A DNA stretch of 62,469 nt, counting the filler, from Choristocarpus tenellus KU-1152 (lineage: Eukaryota; Protista; Phaeophyceae): the NCBI GenBank assembly GCA_964200185.2. It is 12 parts of 12 records of this genome, joined end to end, with 100 filler letters (N's around TTAATTAATTAA, not from the genome) between each part and the next. Parts side by side here need not be neighbours in the genome. Positions count along the whole stretch, not along the records: positions 14,878 to 19,437 come from CAXNAD020014007.1; positions 19,538 to 22,200 come from CAXNAD020025844.1; positions 22,301 to 26,526 come from CAXNAD020015597.1; positions 26,627 to 29,676 come from CAXNAD020022686.1; 8 more parts are not named here. One strand, 5' to 3'. Positions 14,878 to 27,796 of this stretch are shown here, piece by piece. The notes below the pieces were generated by a model. It did not search any database and was not told the origin of the DNA. It was given only the letters and a program-made list of their open reading frames with translations. The position numbers and the translations under genes are program-made. Positions within the stretch are counted from its first letter, which is position 1, and each line of letters starts with the position of its first letter.

Positions 14878-16020
14878 GCTGAATACAGCATGAGCACCAT
14901 AAACAGGTGGTTGGATGATATGGGGGCCATGCCGAATCGCCGCTGGATCAAACCCAGAGTGAAATTATCTTAGGGTACGAATTTTGCCTTGTGTGTCCAT
15001 TTGGGGCTTGTCTTACCATGTTTTTTTTTGTGACATTTTCCTACTCCAAAATATTTCGAGTAGATAAAAAAAAAGGTGTGTCCAGAATAAGGGTATTGAC
15101 GCTTCCTAACAAAGACGATAGCCAAAATTACATCAAAATCACAACATTGGGTTGTGGCCCCCAAATGGACGCGGCTCTACCCTCTAAGATACTTTGGCTC
15201 TCAAGCTTAAATCGTGGCAAAAGGTATGGAGAATGGACTTGGTTTTCGAACAAGTGGATGGGAATCGTGGTGTGTATGCCTCCATGGCGAACACGATCCA
15301 TGTGGATGAAACCTGATTTTACGCGATGGCTGATGAGAAAAGGGTTAGGGTATGTCCGCATGGGGATGATAGCGACCTTCCCGGGTCCCGTACTGCGCAG
15401 CTCAAGAGTCATGTCCCCAAAATCATGATCATTGCAGCAACACCTGCCCAAATTCGGCTCACAGCTTTGATGGAAAGCTTGGTGTTTAGCGTGTGTGTGC
15501 GCCAAAAACGGCAGACAGGACAAGCAAGAACCATAAAAAGGGGGATATGTATGAACAGGACTGCACTTTAGACCATTTGTGGTACATGAAGTGGTACACG
15601 GAGGAGTTACTGCCTGCACTCAAGACCAAGATGCTTTGATTGCAGGGGAAGCACATTGTTGTTCAGCAAGATGATGCCACCTCCCACATGGGCAAGGGCA
15701 ACTCATAAATCTTGTCAGGCACAGGGAAGACTGAGGGGTGGTCGATTAGGCTTGTGACGCAGCCATCTAACTCCCCCGACCTCAATATCATGGACCTGTA
15801 CTTCTTCAGGTCTTTGAAATGCTGGGTGATGGGGAAGCAGTTTGGGTCCGTGGAAGAGATGGTGAAGGTCATTAAGAAAACGTATGAGGAGTATGATGAA
15901 ACCACACACTTGAGAGGGCTTGGCAGCTCCTTTTTATGGTGTACAATGAAGTACTTTGATACAAAGGTGGGAATGACTTCAGTGTGGAGCACACAGGGGT
16001 AAGGAAGAGGCAGTTGTCTG
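14878..16020 (+). pseudogene. Decayed mariner-like (plant DD39D-type) transposase interrupted by a MITE
   Basis: WIKP-[MITE]-KLKSWQK...TIHVDET*FY...KSHVPKIMI...QQDDATSH...QPSNSPDLNIMDLYFF...GGNDF. There are 40 residues between the 2nd and 3rd catalytic Asp, with in-frame stops and frameshifts. Confidence 0.85.
14957..15200. mobile_element. MITE family 1, inserted in the mariner transposase
   Basis: TIRs present; TSD CCA/TCA; removing the element plus 3 bp restores the frame ATC AAA CCC AAG CTT (IKPKL). Confidence 0.9.
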
Positions 16021-16401
16021 GTGAGCTTGAAAATGTGTCAAGATATATATGGATGCTTTCTCTTTGGCTAATAAAATTGTGATGGATGGGGAGTAATAAT
16101 GATAACAAGAGCTGACCCTAACCAGAAATTCGTGAAGGATTCCAAATCTTCTTTCAGAAATGAATTTCACCAATATCTTCGCATGTTGTGGACAACGCAG
16201 CACAGACTTATGGCATGGAGGTAGTATCTTTCTTTGATTTGTCAATTGATTTTGTCAAACGTCCAATACACAACACGTGTCGTGTACCCTGCCAAAGTTC
16301 TCGTGTTTTGTATACGCTTTGATTTTAGTTACAATAAATGATTTTGAGCCAAATATCCTTTTCGAACTACTCACCTTGTCCTCACCATTCACAACCCGAC
16401 T

Positions 16402-16659
16402 GAGTCAAAGTATCTAGGAGGATATAGCCGCGTCCATTTGGGGGTCAAAATCCAATGTTGCAATTTTGATGTAATTTTGGCTATGGTGTTTGTTTGGAGA
16501 TGTTGGTATCCTTGTTTCGGATACACCTTTTCATAACGTATGCATTTTACCTGCTCCGAACATTTTGGAGCAGGTAAAATGTCATTAAAAACCCGTAGGA
16601 AGCCAAGCCCCAAATGGACAAACAGGGAAAAACTCATACCCTCTAAGATACTTTCACTC
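16402..16659. mobile_element. MITE family 1, full copy (a partial extra end follows at ~16678-16730)
   Basis: GAGTCAAAGTATC...GATACTTTCACTC; TSD ACT/ACT; perfect 15-bp internal hairpin stem. Confidence 0.92.
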
Positions 16660-16730
16660 ACTGTCATTAATAAATCTTGGGAAACCAAGCCCCAAACAGA
16701 CAAAAAAGGCAAACTTCGTACCCTCTAAGA

Positions 16731-18250
16731 AGAATTCTTCTTTCTTGCGGCCAACCCCAACACTTGACACCAAACATTCGGTTTCCCCACACTTGCCTGG
16801 AGCATTATTGCTCGAAGAGTCCTCAGTGGCGGGCAGTAGTGCGTACAGCTCGTTGTTGCCGCAGCTGGTGATACTTTCCACAGTAATGTGGGAAGGATTC
16901 GCCTCGGTCTCGATCTCTTCTTTCCCAGACTGCATTGTAGTCATGAATACCGAAGTACATGTTGTAGCATCATGGGCACGTCCACCACACTTGGTGCAAA
17001 TGTGCTTTGGGCAAGCTGTCTTCTTGTGTCCATTCTTACCACACCTCTCACAAGGAATCTTCTAAAAACTTTTATGGTTAGAATCAGAACCATTTTTCTT
17101 TCTTCCACCATGAAATTTACGTTCGACCCCGCGACCTTGGCCGTTACGATGAGACTGACTCTTCCCCTGTGATAAGCTGTTAATAACCAAAGCGCGCCTG
17201 TTCTTTTGCTTAGAATCCTTCCCCTGATGAGGGAAGCATATCTCTCTCTAGCAGTTTTATCTACGTCTGCTCGACATAGTGTCTTCTGCGATGCCATCAT
17301 GCGTATCTCGGTATCGCAATGGCTCAAAGTATCTGTGAGGGGGTGGCGGCTGTCCATTTGGGGGCAATTTTTTCATATCTCGATTTTTGGGTGATTTGGT
17401 TCCTTACGTTGGATGGAACATGAAAGTGCACTTTTCCTGGTTTTGGTTCAAATAGACACTCTGGTGTAGATCCCCCCCTCCCCCCCCAGATACTTTGGGT
17501 CAGTCTGATCCAAGAGCACTCAGGAACTGTAGGAGCAGCAGCTTGTCCGAGATGACCAGGTCCTTTGATAGCATCCTCCCCTGTAACTCTTCCAGGTGGT
17601 TTAAGGTCAGGATCGGATTCACCCCCTTCTCCACCTTTGATATAAAAATCTCACGGAACAAATGTTGGCTATTACCCACTGTATTAGGCATGAACCAATC
17701 ATCTATTGCTCGGGCTTTGGTGCGTATAGCATAGCGCCCTGGTGGTGGGTGCGACAAGAGCAACAGTAAGTGCATGGTAGGCCTCTTCGGCCATCCAGAT
17801 ATCATTCGCACTGAAGCCGTCCGAGAGAAGTTCCTCGTAGGAGCGTTCTTGGTTGACTGGTCTCTCACTTGTCAACACACCCAAGCAGTGAATATATCTG
17901 GAATGCACGATGAAACGCCTCCGCCAGTCCCGGTAGTCCGAGTCGTCCAATAGTTTCGGTGGTTGGGTCCTTGATCTCTTTGTCTTAGGGCGAGCAATAT
18001 ATGTACCTCACCCCAAGCTCTCCGAAGAACCAGGCCTCCGGCTCACCCCACTTCTGATGCTCACAGCATCCAAACTGTTTCCCCTCTCTGGGAAATTTTC
18101 CCTCAACATTGGTTCCATAGGACCCATTTCGACTGATACGTGTTTAGCTGGAGGCCGTGTGCTGGGCACAGCAGCCTGTACGACAGGATGATTTCCATCG
18201 CCAACTCTTTCAGACTGAACCATGAGATTGCCAAAGTTTCTTGACAAGAC
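16731..18250 (-). mobile_element. Decayed Ty1/Copia gag region
   Basis: LDDSDYRDWRRRF (Copia gag N-terminal motif), a UBN2-like helical region ending LLQFLSALGSD, and tandem zinc knuckles (CGKNGHKKTAC, CTKCGGRAHDATTC) at ~16960-17050; frameshifted. Confidence 0.75.
17321..17501. mobile_element. MITE family 2, inserted in Copia gag
   Basis: GGCTCAAAGTATCTG...CAGATACTTTGGGTC; TSD AAT/AGT; excision restores the gag frame (GSD-CDTEIR). Confidence 0.9.
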
Positions 18251-20212
18251 AGCTACCGCCGCAATAAGCTATCGGTATTCTTGGACAGATGAGCCCTCGG
18301 CAGGAACAGGCTTCCGCAATTCTTGAATAGATGAACCCTCGGCAGGAACAGGTAGAATCGCATCTCCTCGTGTAGACATGATAAAATGATGGTTTAGAAA
18401 CGTAAGGTTCAATATATTGCGTTGAAGTATCGCCCAAATCATCAAAGAGGACAAAGGTGATAAACCCAGCGAGATTGCTGATGTCTGTAGAGTGATCGAT
18501 TAAAGTTAAGTGGGGCATCCAGCACCCCATAAATCAGACATATTTCCTTTTTTATATGAGAATTTTTCTCATATAGCTAATCACCAGTAGTAAAGGGTTC
18601 CGATAACTCAACCACTAATTAATTGTTTTCTTCCTCCATACATATTTTACCGTAACTGTCCGATAGAGTTGGAAGAGTCTAATCGAACACAGGACTCGTT
18701 GTCCATATTGCAACTCTTTCCCTTCTCCGTGCACTGATTTAGTAACAAGCTATGGTGGTTCTCTGTGACCTCGGAACTGACCCTGCAAAGTCGTCATAGA
18801 TGCGTGCAATGACCCCAAGTCGACAACAAAAGCATCGTGCCCAGTAAGACGGTGAGTGCTGTCGTTAGACTCCAGTCAAGACGTACAATCCTCACGTAAC
18901 GAATTGTAGTAAGGAAGTCTTCGCTACAAGCTTTCCTTTAATATCTATGCGCCTACCTTGCTTGACGATGGAAGTCAAGAGACAAGTGGTACTTTATCAT
19001 CAGTACAAAACATCTAGAAATTCTGTATACTACAACAATAGTGAAGAGAGAGTATGCGAGCCATAGCTCGATTTTGTCGCCAATACCCATGCACCTCTGC
19101 TGCTGCTCTGTGACAGTAAAGGCAGCGGAGTTCGCGCCCATCACGAAGAAAGCTTATTTATTCAGCATCCCTGCAAGGATAAGCAGAAAAGATAAATGTG
19201 AAGATTCATGTTTCTCGGTGTAGTTCAGTTGAAGATTGCTCAGGACTTGCTGTATCTTTGGTGTGGTTGTTGAGGCAGTTTAGATGGATAGTGGTGGTTT
19301 GGGATTACTGCAATTTCTATAATAAGTTTTGCATAGAGACCCAAAGTATCTGGGGGCGGGGGGGGGGGGTTCTGTTAAAACATAGGCTACTCATTTGTTT
19401 CTTGTTGATATGATTCACATACTACCAGCTTGTACTGNNNNNNNNNNNNNNNNNNNNNNNNNNNNNNNNNNNNNNNNNNNNTTAATTAATTAANNNNNNN
19501 NNNNNNNNNNNNNNNNNNNNNNNNNNNNNNNNNNNNNCCCCCCCCCCCAGATTCTTTGGGTCTTGGTAATTTTGTACTTATCCGGAGGAAGAGTAGAACA
19601 ACAAGTACTTGTTGCACTCACTGACTCTTTGAGTGATAAAGTAAATGTCAGCATCGTTAGCAGATAAAATAAAACATGTCCTTGTGCCCCAACCAAAAAG
19701 AAGAAGAAGCAAATAAAGTTGCAATTGGTCGTTGGAGGGGAGGAGGTTTCTGTTTCTGCTTCCAAAAGTACTTTGGAGAATGTGTTATATCATACATACG
19801 TTTTCACACAGTTGAGTAGCAATGTAGATTGTTTGTGGACTGCCATCAATATATTCGGATCTGGGTTGACTGTCCCTCCTGAGAGCAAATCCTCCACAGA
19901 CACACATTTTTGTCGTAGTAGTCTGGAGTATATATTTGTGGAGGGAAGTCTGATCTGGCCACCTAGACCCTCTTGTCTCGTGCAACTCAGGCACAAAATG
20001 TTAACTTCAGATATGTTTGTAGAGATGAGAAAAAAATATGACATATAGAACCAGACAGACTCTTCTCTTCAACACATCACAACACAACACACACGCACGC
20101 ACGCACACACACACACACACACACACAAAACACAATGCGACACATCAACTATAATCCTCATGCAATTTCTAAATCTGTGTGTGATGATAACCACTTGCCC
20201 ACTCCTCCTCCC

Positions 20213-21776
20213 CTACAGCTCTGATAGCACACCTACCCCAGCTGGCGTAAAACTATCATACAAAGAGCTTGATGTCAAGGGTGTAGTTGCATCCCTTGCC
20301 CGCCTTGCTTCCTCTCGGACTCGAGCAACATCTCGTTCCAGCATAAGCACCACTGGCACCCTCACTTCCAACCATGGGCGAGGAAGGTCCAAGGCGGCCC
20401 AGTATCCAAGGGGTGGAGGCGCACTTCCGTACACGCAGAGTTGTCCAAACTGGTCCCCACACTGGCCGTTGTCTGCAACAATGACTCCAAGGGCACCAGC
20501 ACGCTGTGCATTCATCACCTTCCAGGACAAACATCAGGGATAGTTTCAAAAGTTGGATACAGGGGCCAAGTTTGACATCAGTATATCGATAATTGTGCTG
20601 TAGAAGGGTGTGGAAAGAGAGCTGAGGAAAACAAAGGTAGGTGAGTGTAGTGAAATGTATACCAAGTATGGAGAAGTAGATAGGAGGACGGGTTGATGTG
20701 CTATTCTTTGTAGGGTTAGGGTGCAACCTTGTCTAGCTGCCAAATGCAAAAATGAAGATGTTGCGACCTTGTCCTTTTCTAAGTGAAAAACACTACTTGG
20801 AGGACTCTAGAGCTTGCTTTACATAAGGAAGAAAGGTAGGGTTATGGTTATAGGAATGGGTTAGGAAGTACGGGCACGGGTTGGCTTTGATGCAGTGCAA
20901 GGGTAAGAGATGGTGAAGTTGTAGATAGGAAACGAAAAGAAGGGTTGCATGATACTGGTCGCACCTTGTGCACAATGGGTATGTTCCCTGCAGTAGTTGA
21001 TTCCGATCAGTAGGTTCATGCCGGTTCGGGCCCATTCATCGCAGAAATGGACATAGTGGAGCAGTGAGGGCGCCACAAAGAGAAAGTAGAAATTTATTTG
21101 AGACTAGAGGGAGGCGGAGAGGATGCAGAGCGATCACTGAGTCGAAGCATTTGGGGGGGTGGTGGTGGCTGTCCATTCAGGGGTCCATTTATCCATGTTA
21201 TGATTTTGTTTTGGTCTTGACATCATAAAACAGTCCACACAAATCCAAGCGCTAAGGACATATCCGAAGTGTAGAATAGTTCACACTTCATCAAACCAAC
21301 CCTTAACGACTATTAACACTCTAATGGACCATTTTTTCAACACCTAGTCAGGGCCTGAATGGACACCCTGGGCTAGAACCCCCCCCCCCCCCAAGATACT
21401 TTGACCCATTCGGGTGTGTCACATAGGGTTAGGGAGGGGCTTGGTTGGGTCCCTTCGCTATCCTCTCAGAGCTGGAGCAGCAAGATGTGAGGAATAAAAG
21501 AGGAAGTGCATTGGGCAGATTTCTGTTGGACAGGATTGCCAGGGGAACCATGTGATGGTATGATATCCCTATCCCAGTTGCCTTGCTATTTCCTACTGCT
21601 TTGTTGTTTCATTGTGGGAGGTGGTTGTCATCCATTCTTATTCTCTTTGTCTCTCTCTCTTGCCTCGCTGCACCATTACGATCCGGTTACGAGCAAAGCG
21701 TTGGTTCTCTAGCTCATGCGATGCATTGGCTGGTACAGCATCCACCACTTCTGCTGTCACTGAGAAGGACATGGGA
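20213..21776 (-). CDS. PA (protease-associated) domain protein, last three exons
   Basis: Exons 21776-21664, 20987-20965 (23 nt) and 20518-20213 splice to ...AVPANASHELENQRFARNRIVMVQRG|NIPIVHK|VMNAQRAGALGVIVADN...GVLSEL*, the typical PA signature (RG...K..NAQ.AGA.GVIV.DN). The 5' part is off the contig. Confidence 0.82.
21139..21407. mobile_element. MITE, longer family-2-related variant (in PA gene intron)
   Basis: GAGTCGAAGCATTTGGGGG...CCCCAAGATACTTTGACCC; TSD ACT/ATT. Confidence 0.75.
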
Positions 21777-22077
21777 CTGTGAATTGAGAACGTGCAGGCA
21801 TGCAAGGGCAAGGAGGAGGGTGGCCAAGTGATTTCACTGAGCAGCATAATCGTTAGCTTGTTGGGGGCTTGGGGGAAGGAGAATAGAAGTGAGGTGAGGG
21901 GTCTCAGGTTTGTATAGAAGGGTTACAGTCAGGTTGATGCTACACACAGGGGGACCTAGCAGTAGTATTAATAATGCCGACAGGAGGAATTTTCTAGGAA
22001 TTAGAACACGCATGTTGTGAGTTGAAAGAATTTGAACATTAGCATGTACTACTTTAAAAATAAACAAATATTAGTCT

Positions 22078-22200
22078 GGGTGAAAGTACTTAGAGGGTAT
22101 GAGTTTTGCCATGTTTGTCCATTTGGGGCTTGACTTCCCTTGGTTCTTTTTTATGACAATTTCCTACTCCGAAATATTTGGGAGCAAGTAAAATGTATAC
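22078..22200. mobile_element. MITE family 1, truncated by contig end
   Basis: GGGTGAAAGTACTTAGAGGGTATGAG... colinear with other copies; a second truncated copy lies at 47039-47088. Confidence 0.85.
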
Positions 22201-22300
22201 NNNNNNNNNNNNNNNNNNNNNNNNNNNNNNNNNNNNNNNNNNNNTTAATTAATTAANNNNNNNNNNNNNNNNNNNNNNNNNNNNNNNNNNNNNNNNNNNN

Positions 22301-22833
22301 GCAGCGGGCCGTTTGTGGAGGAAGGCAATTGCTGGGGGGGACTGGGTTGGGGGGGGTTGGGCAGCAGGCGCAGGAAGGGAGGTAGGAGGGGTGGATCGAA
22401 TGTTGTTGATGGAAAGGATGCCAATGGAGTTGGTAGTTCTTGCGTGGGGATGGGAGAAGATGGCTGGCAAGGTGCAGAAGGTTTGGTCTCAGGGATGGAA
22501 TTGGTTGGGGGAGGAGTTGGAGATAAGAGTAAGCAGGGTAAACACACGGAGGAGTTTTCATGGAGCATCTGGCCAAAGGAGCATATGGAGTTGGAGACTG
22601 TAAATCTGCCTTTCAGGGAATTGGGGGGGAACCGGGTGAAAAGAGAGGGGAGTAGGTCAGGCCAGGAAGATTCATTGATACGAACACTGAACAGAAGATT
22701 GAGACAGCTGGGGAGGCAATCATCGGGTGGGGGCAGCAGTGATAATAATGCTGGGCGCAGGGGGAATGGGACTGTAAGTGTGACCAAAGATGTTGAATTT
22801 TCTGTGAGACATGGGCATCAGGCAATGCTCTGA
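22301..22833 (+). CDS. Probable terminal exon of an unknown gene (Gly/Glu-rich, low complexity)
   Basis: Frame of >170 codons from near the contig start to TGA, with G-rich composition like other disordered exons here; no recognisable domain. Confidence 0.35.
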
Positions 22834-25053
22834 GGAGAAGGTAAGTCGGTCAGGTCTGAGAAGGAGGGGGGGAAGTGCCCAACTGAGGAGTTTGTCCCCT
22901 TCTCCTGGTGTATATTTTTATTTTTCACTGATTGAAGCAAACCAGTCTCTTGTCAGTGGGGTTTTTTGCAAGATCTTGCGTAGGATAGATTGTGTACAGA
23001 CTAGTGTAAGCTAAGATTATCACACCTGTTTGTAGTTGCAGTATTTTTTTGGCTTTGGTGCCTTGTGGAGTAGGATGGGACCGAGCACAGCAGCTGGTTG
23101 TTGTGGAGTGTTTAGTGTGTGGTGATTGCTCATGAGGAAAACAAAGCCCTTACTTCATTGCCTTTTCTGTTGTGATCAACTTGAACTTGGGTTTAGTAAC
23201 AACAAAGGTGATGCTCATCGTCATGTTGTGCACTGCTAGGACTGTGTTCGAAATGGGTCACTCTTCCTGCTCACTGGGAATGGAGTGAGTGTGTGTAAAG
23301 CCATTGTGGTTTTTAATTCCGAGTCATTTTTGTATTAAACCAGATGCGGTGGGTACCCAGGAGGTTTTCCTGAACGATTGGTATGTTATTGGTGAATGAC
23401 TAAGCATGGGGTTTTTTGTTCTCTTTTCTTCTTTTTTTGGTGCTATGCAAAAAAGAAAAATCAAGCATTTTACTTCACATACATGTCTGTGCATGTACTG
23501 ATGCAGTGATGACGAGGCAAGAATCGATCAAATTACTACTCTGCCAGAAGTTCAGATCACAACACAGCAACGTACGCCGCTGTTGATACAACAATGGTGC
23601 CATGAAAAAAAAGAGTCTGTTGGATGAGCAATTACTACTACTTCTTGAAGAACAGAATGGGCTGCAGTCAAGAGTACTTCTAATTGCGATGATATTGGTA
23701 AGTGTAAGTGTATACTTGTTTATATACTCCAGGGTGTATGTGGAAATATTACCCAAAGGTACTGGGGGCTACAGTCATTCCTCTCTCTTTGAAATGAAAG
23801 CAGTCTAATAATATATTGCACTGCCCCCCTCCCAAAAAAAGGTACTTTCAAGCTGGCGGGAACCTTTGTTGTTGCAGCATGCACACACAGCGTGTACCTC
23901 ACTTTGCCTCACTCACCCAGTGATGTTACGTATACCTTTCAATTGTTGAACATATGTATTGCACTGAGGTGCCTATGAGAAAGAGCATCAATTTTAGGCA
24001 CTGTAGTGCATTATGGTACCTTACCTCCAGTCATGAGTGTGTTATTATTTTCAACCCCATAATTGCAACTTAATTATTAAATTGTCGCATACTAGTAATC
24101 GGTGGGGGGGTGTTAACCTGTTGCTGAACTTGACCAATAGCAGAGTGCAATTCAAGCATACCTTTGCTTGGTACAGCTAAGGAACTCATACTTGAGTGAC
24201 CATTCTGATCTAGTTTTTGTGTTGTGTTGTGTTGTGTTGTGTTGTGTTGTGTTGTTGCCACACCAGATTTTAAAAAAAATGGATTTGGACATGTGTGCCT
24301 TTCTTAATCTTACCAGGTACTGTAATCATACCTTCAGAGCAAAATATTCTTTATCTTAATCAAACAAATCAGTGGAGTCTGAAACTGTAACAGTTGAAAC
24401 ATCTGGGGTGTAAAAAGGTACTAGATTGTACTAAATACAAGAGAGACTAAACTTCAACCCATGTGACCCCTATACTAACAGGTGGACACCTAGGTTGGGC
24501 GTAGAGTAAAATAAAACATGGGAGTTAACACAAAAATGATTTCTCAGTCAGGAGCAAGATATATAAAAAAAGACCTTGAAAACAACGCTGTAATAACTAA
24601 AGACGCAAAAACTAGAACTCATGATACAGGAGGGTATAGTAGGCAAGATATTGGAACACAAGGGTGTTTGCATTCCACTCTAGTAACAGCTTGGCCATTA
24701 CACCAAGCAGGAATGACTTTACCTTGCCACTGCTTCAGTATATGGCATACATACCCCCCATACTCTTAATGATCTCTGAAATACCCCCTTCCACTAAACA
24801 CCCACGTATATGCCCAACCACAACAGCAGCATATAGACTCAGCCACAAAAAAGTACTATATACAAACACAGTACCACAAGTTCACGCTCCCTGAGTTAGG
24901 TCACAGTCGCTCTACGTGCACCTGCAGCTGCCCCCATAGGCTTGCATTACCATCACGAAGCAAGAAGGCGCTCACAATGACCAATATAGCCTCCAATTCT
25001 CCCACACATTTCCATTAATATAGTGAAATATTTTAATCTGACCACCGCATGTG

Positions 25054-25275
25054 TCATGTGCAGCAAGACCTGGCAACATCTACCCCATAATTCTCTGTCT
25101 TCATGATGTCCCGAGACAATTGAAATGGTGCCTCCCTGCCAACTCGCTCTGTGCCACTGGAGACAAGCTCAGCTGCACCTTCTAATCGCTGCTTCTCAGC
25201 CTAAAGCAGGGGTCGAATGCACAGAGGAGACAGTCAAGACAGTGTGTGTTGGGGCGGTAAGGGGTGAAATGTGTA

Positions 25276-25306
<31 letters not shown>

Positions 25307-26115
25307 TTGTGTATTCCATCATCTGCATTGATCTTTAAATGATGCAGCATAGAGGTATGGCACTGTGTAAGAGTAGAGTAAGAGTGTTGAGGAAAACGTG
25401 ATCCCATTTCTCCATTGTTTCTTATCTCTTGATATAAATAGTGGTCAAATAGAAGTAAATACCAGTGTCCGTCAAACCTGCAGAGCATTGGTTACAAGGT
25501 CCTGCATAGCAGTTTCAATGTTGTTGCCACTCTTCGCAGAAGTTAGATACCATTCCGTGAAGCCCTTTCACACACATCAGGAGTTGGAGCACAGGATGGG
25601 GGGGGGAGGAGAGGGAGGGCGGTGGAAACAGGACTTGACTCAGACAGACGCATCAATACTGTGGAATAATGAAACAAGTGCATGGGTGCAATATGAATAG
25701 AATAACTTTCATCTGGGCACAGCAAAATGCCCTTGATAATGCACTAAATGTACACCAGTGGCATGCAACATATGTCGTCCCCTCCCTCAACTCCCCTGAA
25801 ATGCTGATACCCTGATCTCTGCCTGACCCACATGAACCTAACAGCTCATATATACTAGCGACTATCAGGGGAGGGTTGAGTTGTGAGGGGGGGGCGATGG
25901 AGGGGGGGCAGAATTTCGGTGAGGTGAATAAGGGTTTACAGGTCAGGGTGTACATGTTTGGGTGATAATTAACCCACCGTCTCACGACAGGTCTTCTCCA
26001 TCTTTGCACCAGCTAGGAAGCTATCCTGCACATCATCAAGCAGGTCGCTCTTGTTGGCCAACAAGTACACTGGCAGCTTGCATCCCTCGTTTTGACACCA
26101 AGAGTCAATCTCCAG
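25054..26115 (-). CDS. Rab-family GTPase, Rab32/38/29-like; last three exons
   Basis: Exons 26115-25978 (LPVYLLANKSDL, G4 box), 25564-25478 (GFTEWYLTSAK, G5 box) and 25200-25054 (ends SCCT*, prenylation motif). All are phase 0 with GT-AG boundaries. Confidence 0.85.
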
Positions 26116-27796
26116 CTGGTCGATAACAGTGACAGCACCATGCATGTAGGGGAATATCATGGATGAAGCTAAATACAATCACCTTCAACTACCTCACAAC
26201 CACCTCACAAACTCCTGTATATGCCATGATCCAGGCCTTCACTAGACCTCTCTAGAGTATTGACTGGGCAAGAGGAAAGAGTCAAAGACATGAGGTAAGG
26301 AACCGTGGAGAGACCTACCGTAATACTGGTTGGGGGCAATATTCTATCTCATTACCAGGCTCCGCTACAAGGGACAGTCGTTGGGAGAAGCAGAAGCAAC
26401 TAATAATAAATATAAAAATAAAAATTGTAAATTAAAAAAAACTTAACATCTGGTTACACGGCTGTGGAGCAAGGTACGGACGGAAGAGTACACATGGCCA
26501 ACTAACTGGAGCAAAAGCATCATCGCNNNNNNNNNNNNNNNNNNNNNNNNNNNNNNNNNNNNNNNNNNNNTTAATTAATTAANNNNNNNNNNNNNNNNNN
26601 NNNNNNNNNNNNNNNNNNNNNNNNNNCAAATCACCCAAAAATCGCGACATGGAAAAATTGACCCCAAATGGACAGAAACCACCCCCTCCCAGATACTTTG
26701 AGCCTCAGTCTTGAATATTGTATCCTAAATTTCTAATTTTCACTACTGTAAGTACTAACATATATTTTATATGATGAAAATTCTATATTACTCCATTTTT
26801 TATTTATAAAATCAAAATTGTAAACCTAATACAGACACATTGTTGGGTGTCTGATATGTTTTGTGATCCATATGTGTGTAAATGTCTCATTTTCACACTT
26901 ACGTAACACGTAGTGGACATGGTTCGGACATGCCAGAAACAAGTTGAACTCATGGGCATCCACGGTTCAAACATTTGAAGGAAAAACGTTGGACCGACAC
27001 GGTCATATACAAATCCCTGTGGACACAGACCAGGACATGTCAACCAACTATGGGACCGGTCCATACTTGGACATGGGCCGGTACAATACCTAGTGGACAT
27101 GGACCAGGACATGTTAAATAGTTGTGGGCTTGGTCCAGCGGTGGACGGGACTTTTTTGATCTACTGACTCAATGAAAAGCCCCGACAAATAAAAACACAT
27201 TTTCTTGAAAAAAATAATGTATTAAGTATACATAGAGTGCATAGATTCATACCTTGTATCATTAATAGAAGGACCACCGTTGAATATAAAGTGCTGGGAT
27301 GTTCCCTCGTAATTCTCTTACATATGTACTGCCAACAGAGTAAATTCTACATGGGATGACCAAATGACATGGGAAAAGAAAGAAAAAAATGTTACGTTCT
27401 ATCACGTACGAGTGCGCCCAACACTACACCTTCTCAGCAAGGGGAAAACATACAAGACACAGACAAACACCTAGGAGTAAAGTACCTGTTCTAATCCAAG
27501 TATTGGCATAAACACACACACACACACACACACACACATACCACTCGAGAAAAAAGGGGACCATTCTGGGATCTAGAAACACAAAACAGGACAGAAATCT
27601 CAGCCAAAGCAATGAAGCAAATATACATTAGGTGCACAGTAAACAAAACTCACAAAAAACGACAAACACGATCCAAGAGTGAATTAAACCATCTAAGTCA
27701 TCAAGAGTTCACACCTCACCGTAAAAAAAAAGATGTACCCTCCCACACCTCTCTCCCCACCTGCCCTCCCCCCAACCTAACTCACCCCCACCAACT

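Noticed and set aside
21834-22067. ORF with a signal-peptide-like start upstream of the PA exons
   Set aside because: It ends in a stop, is out of frame with the PA exon, has no convincing donor, and lies in pyrimidine-rich intron-like sequence.
26905-27176. GGACATG-rich repeats ending GATCTACTG; similarly ACGGT/ACCGT repeats at 43440-43570
   Set aside because: Resemble subterminal repeats of non-autonomous DNA transposons, but paired TIRs and TSDs could not be defined.
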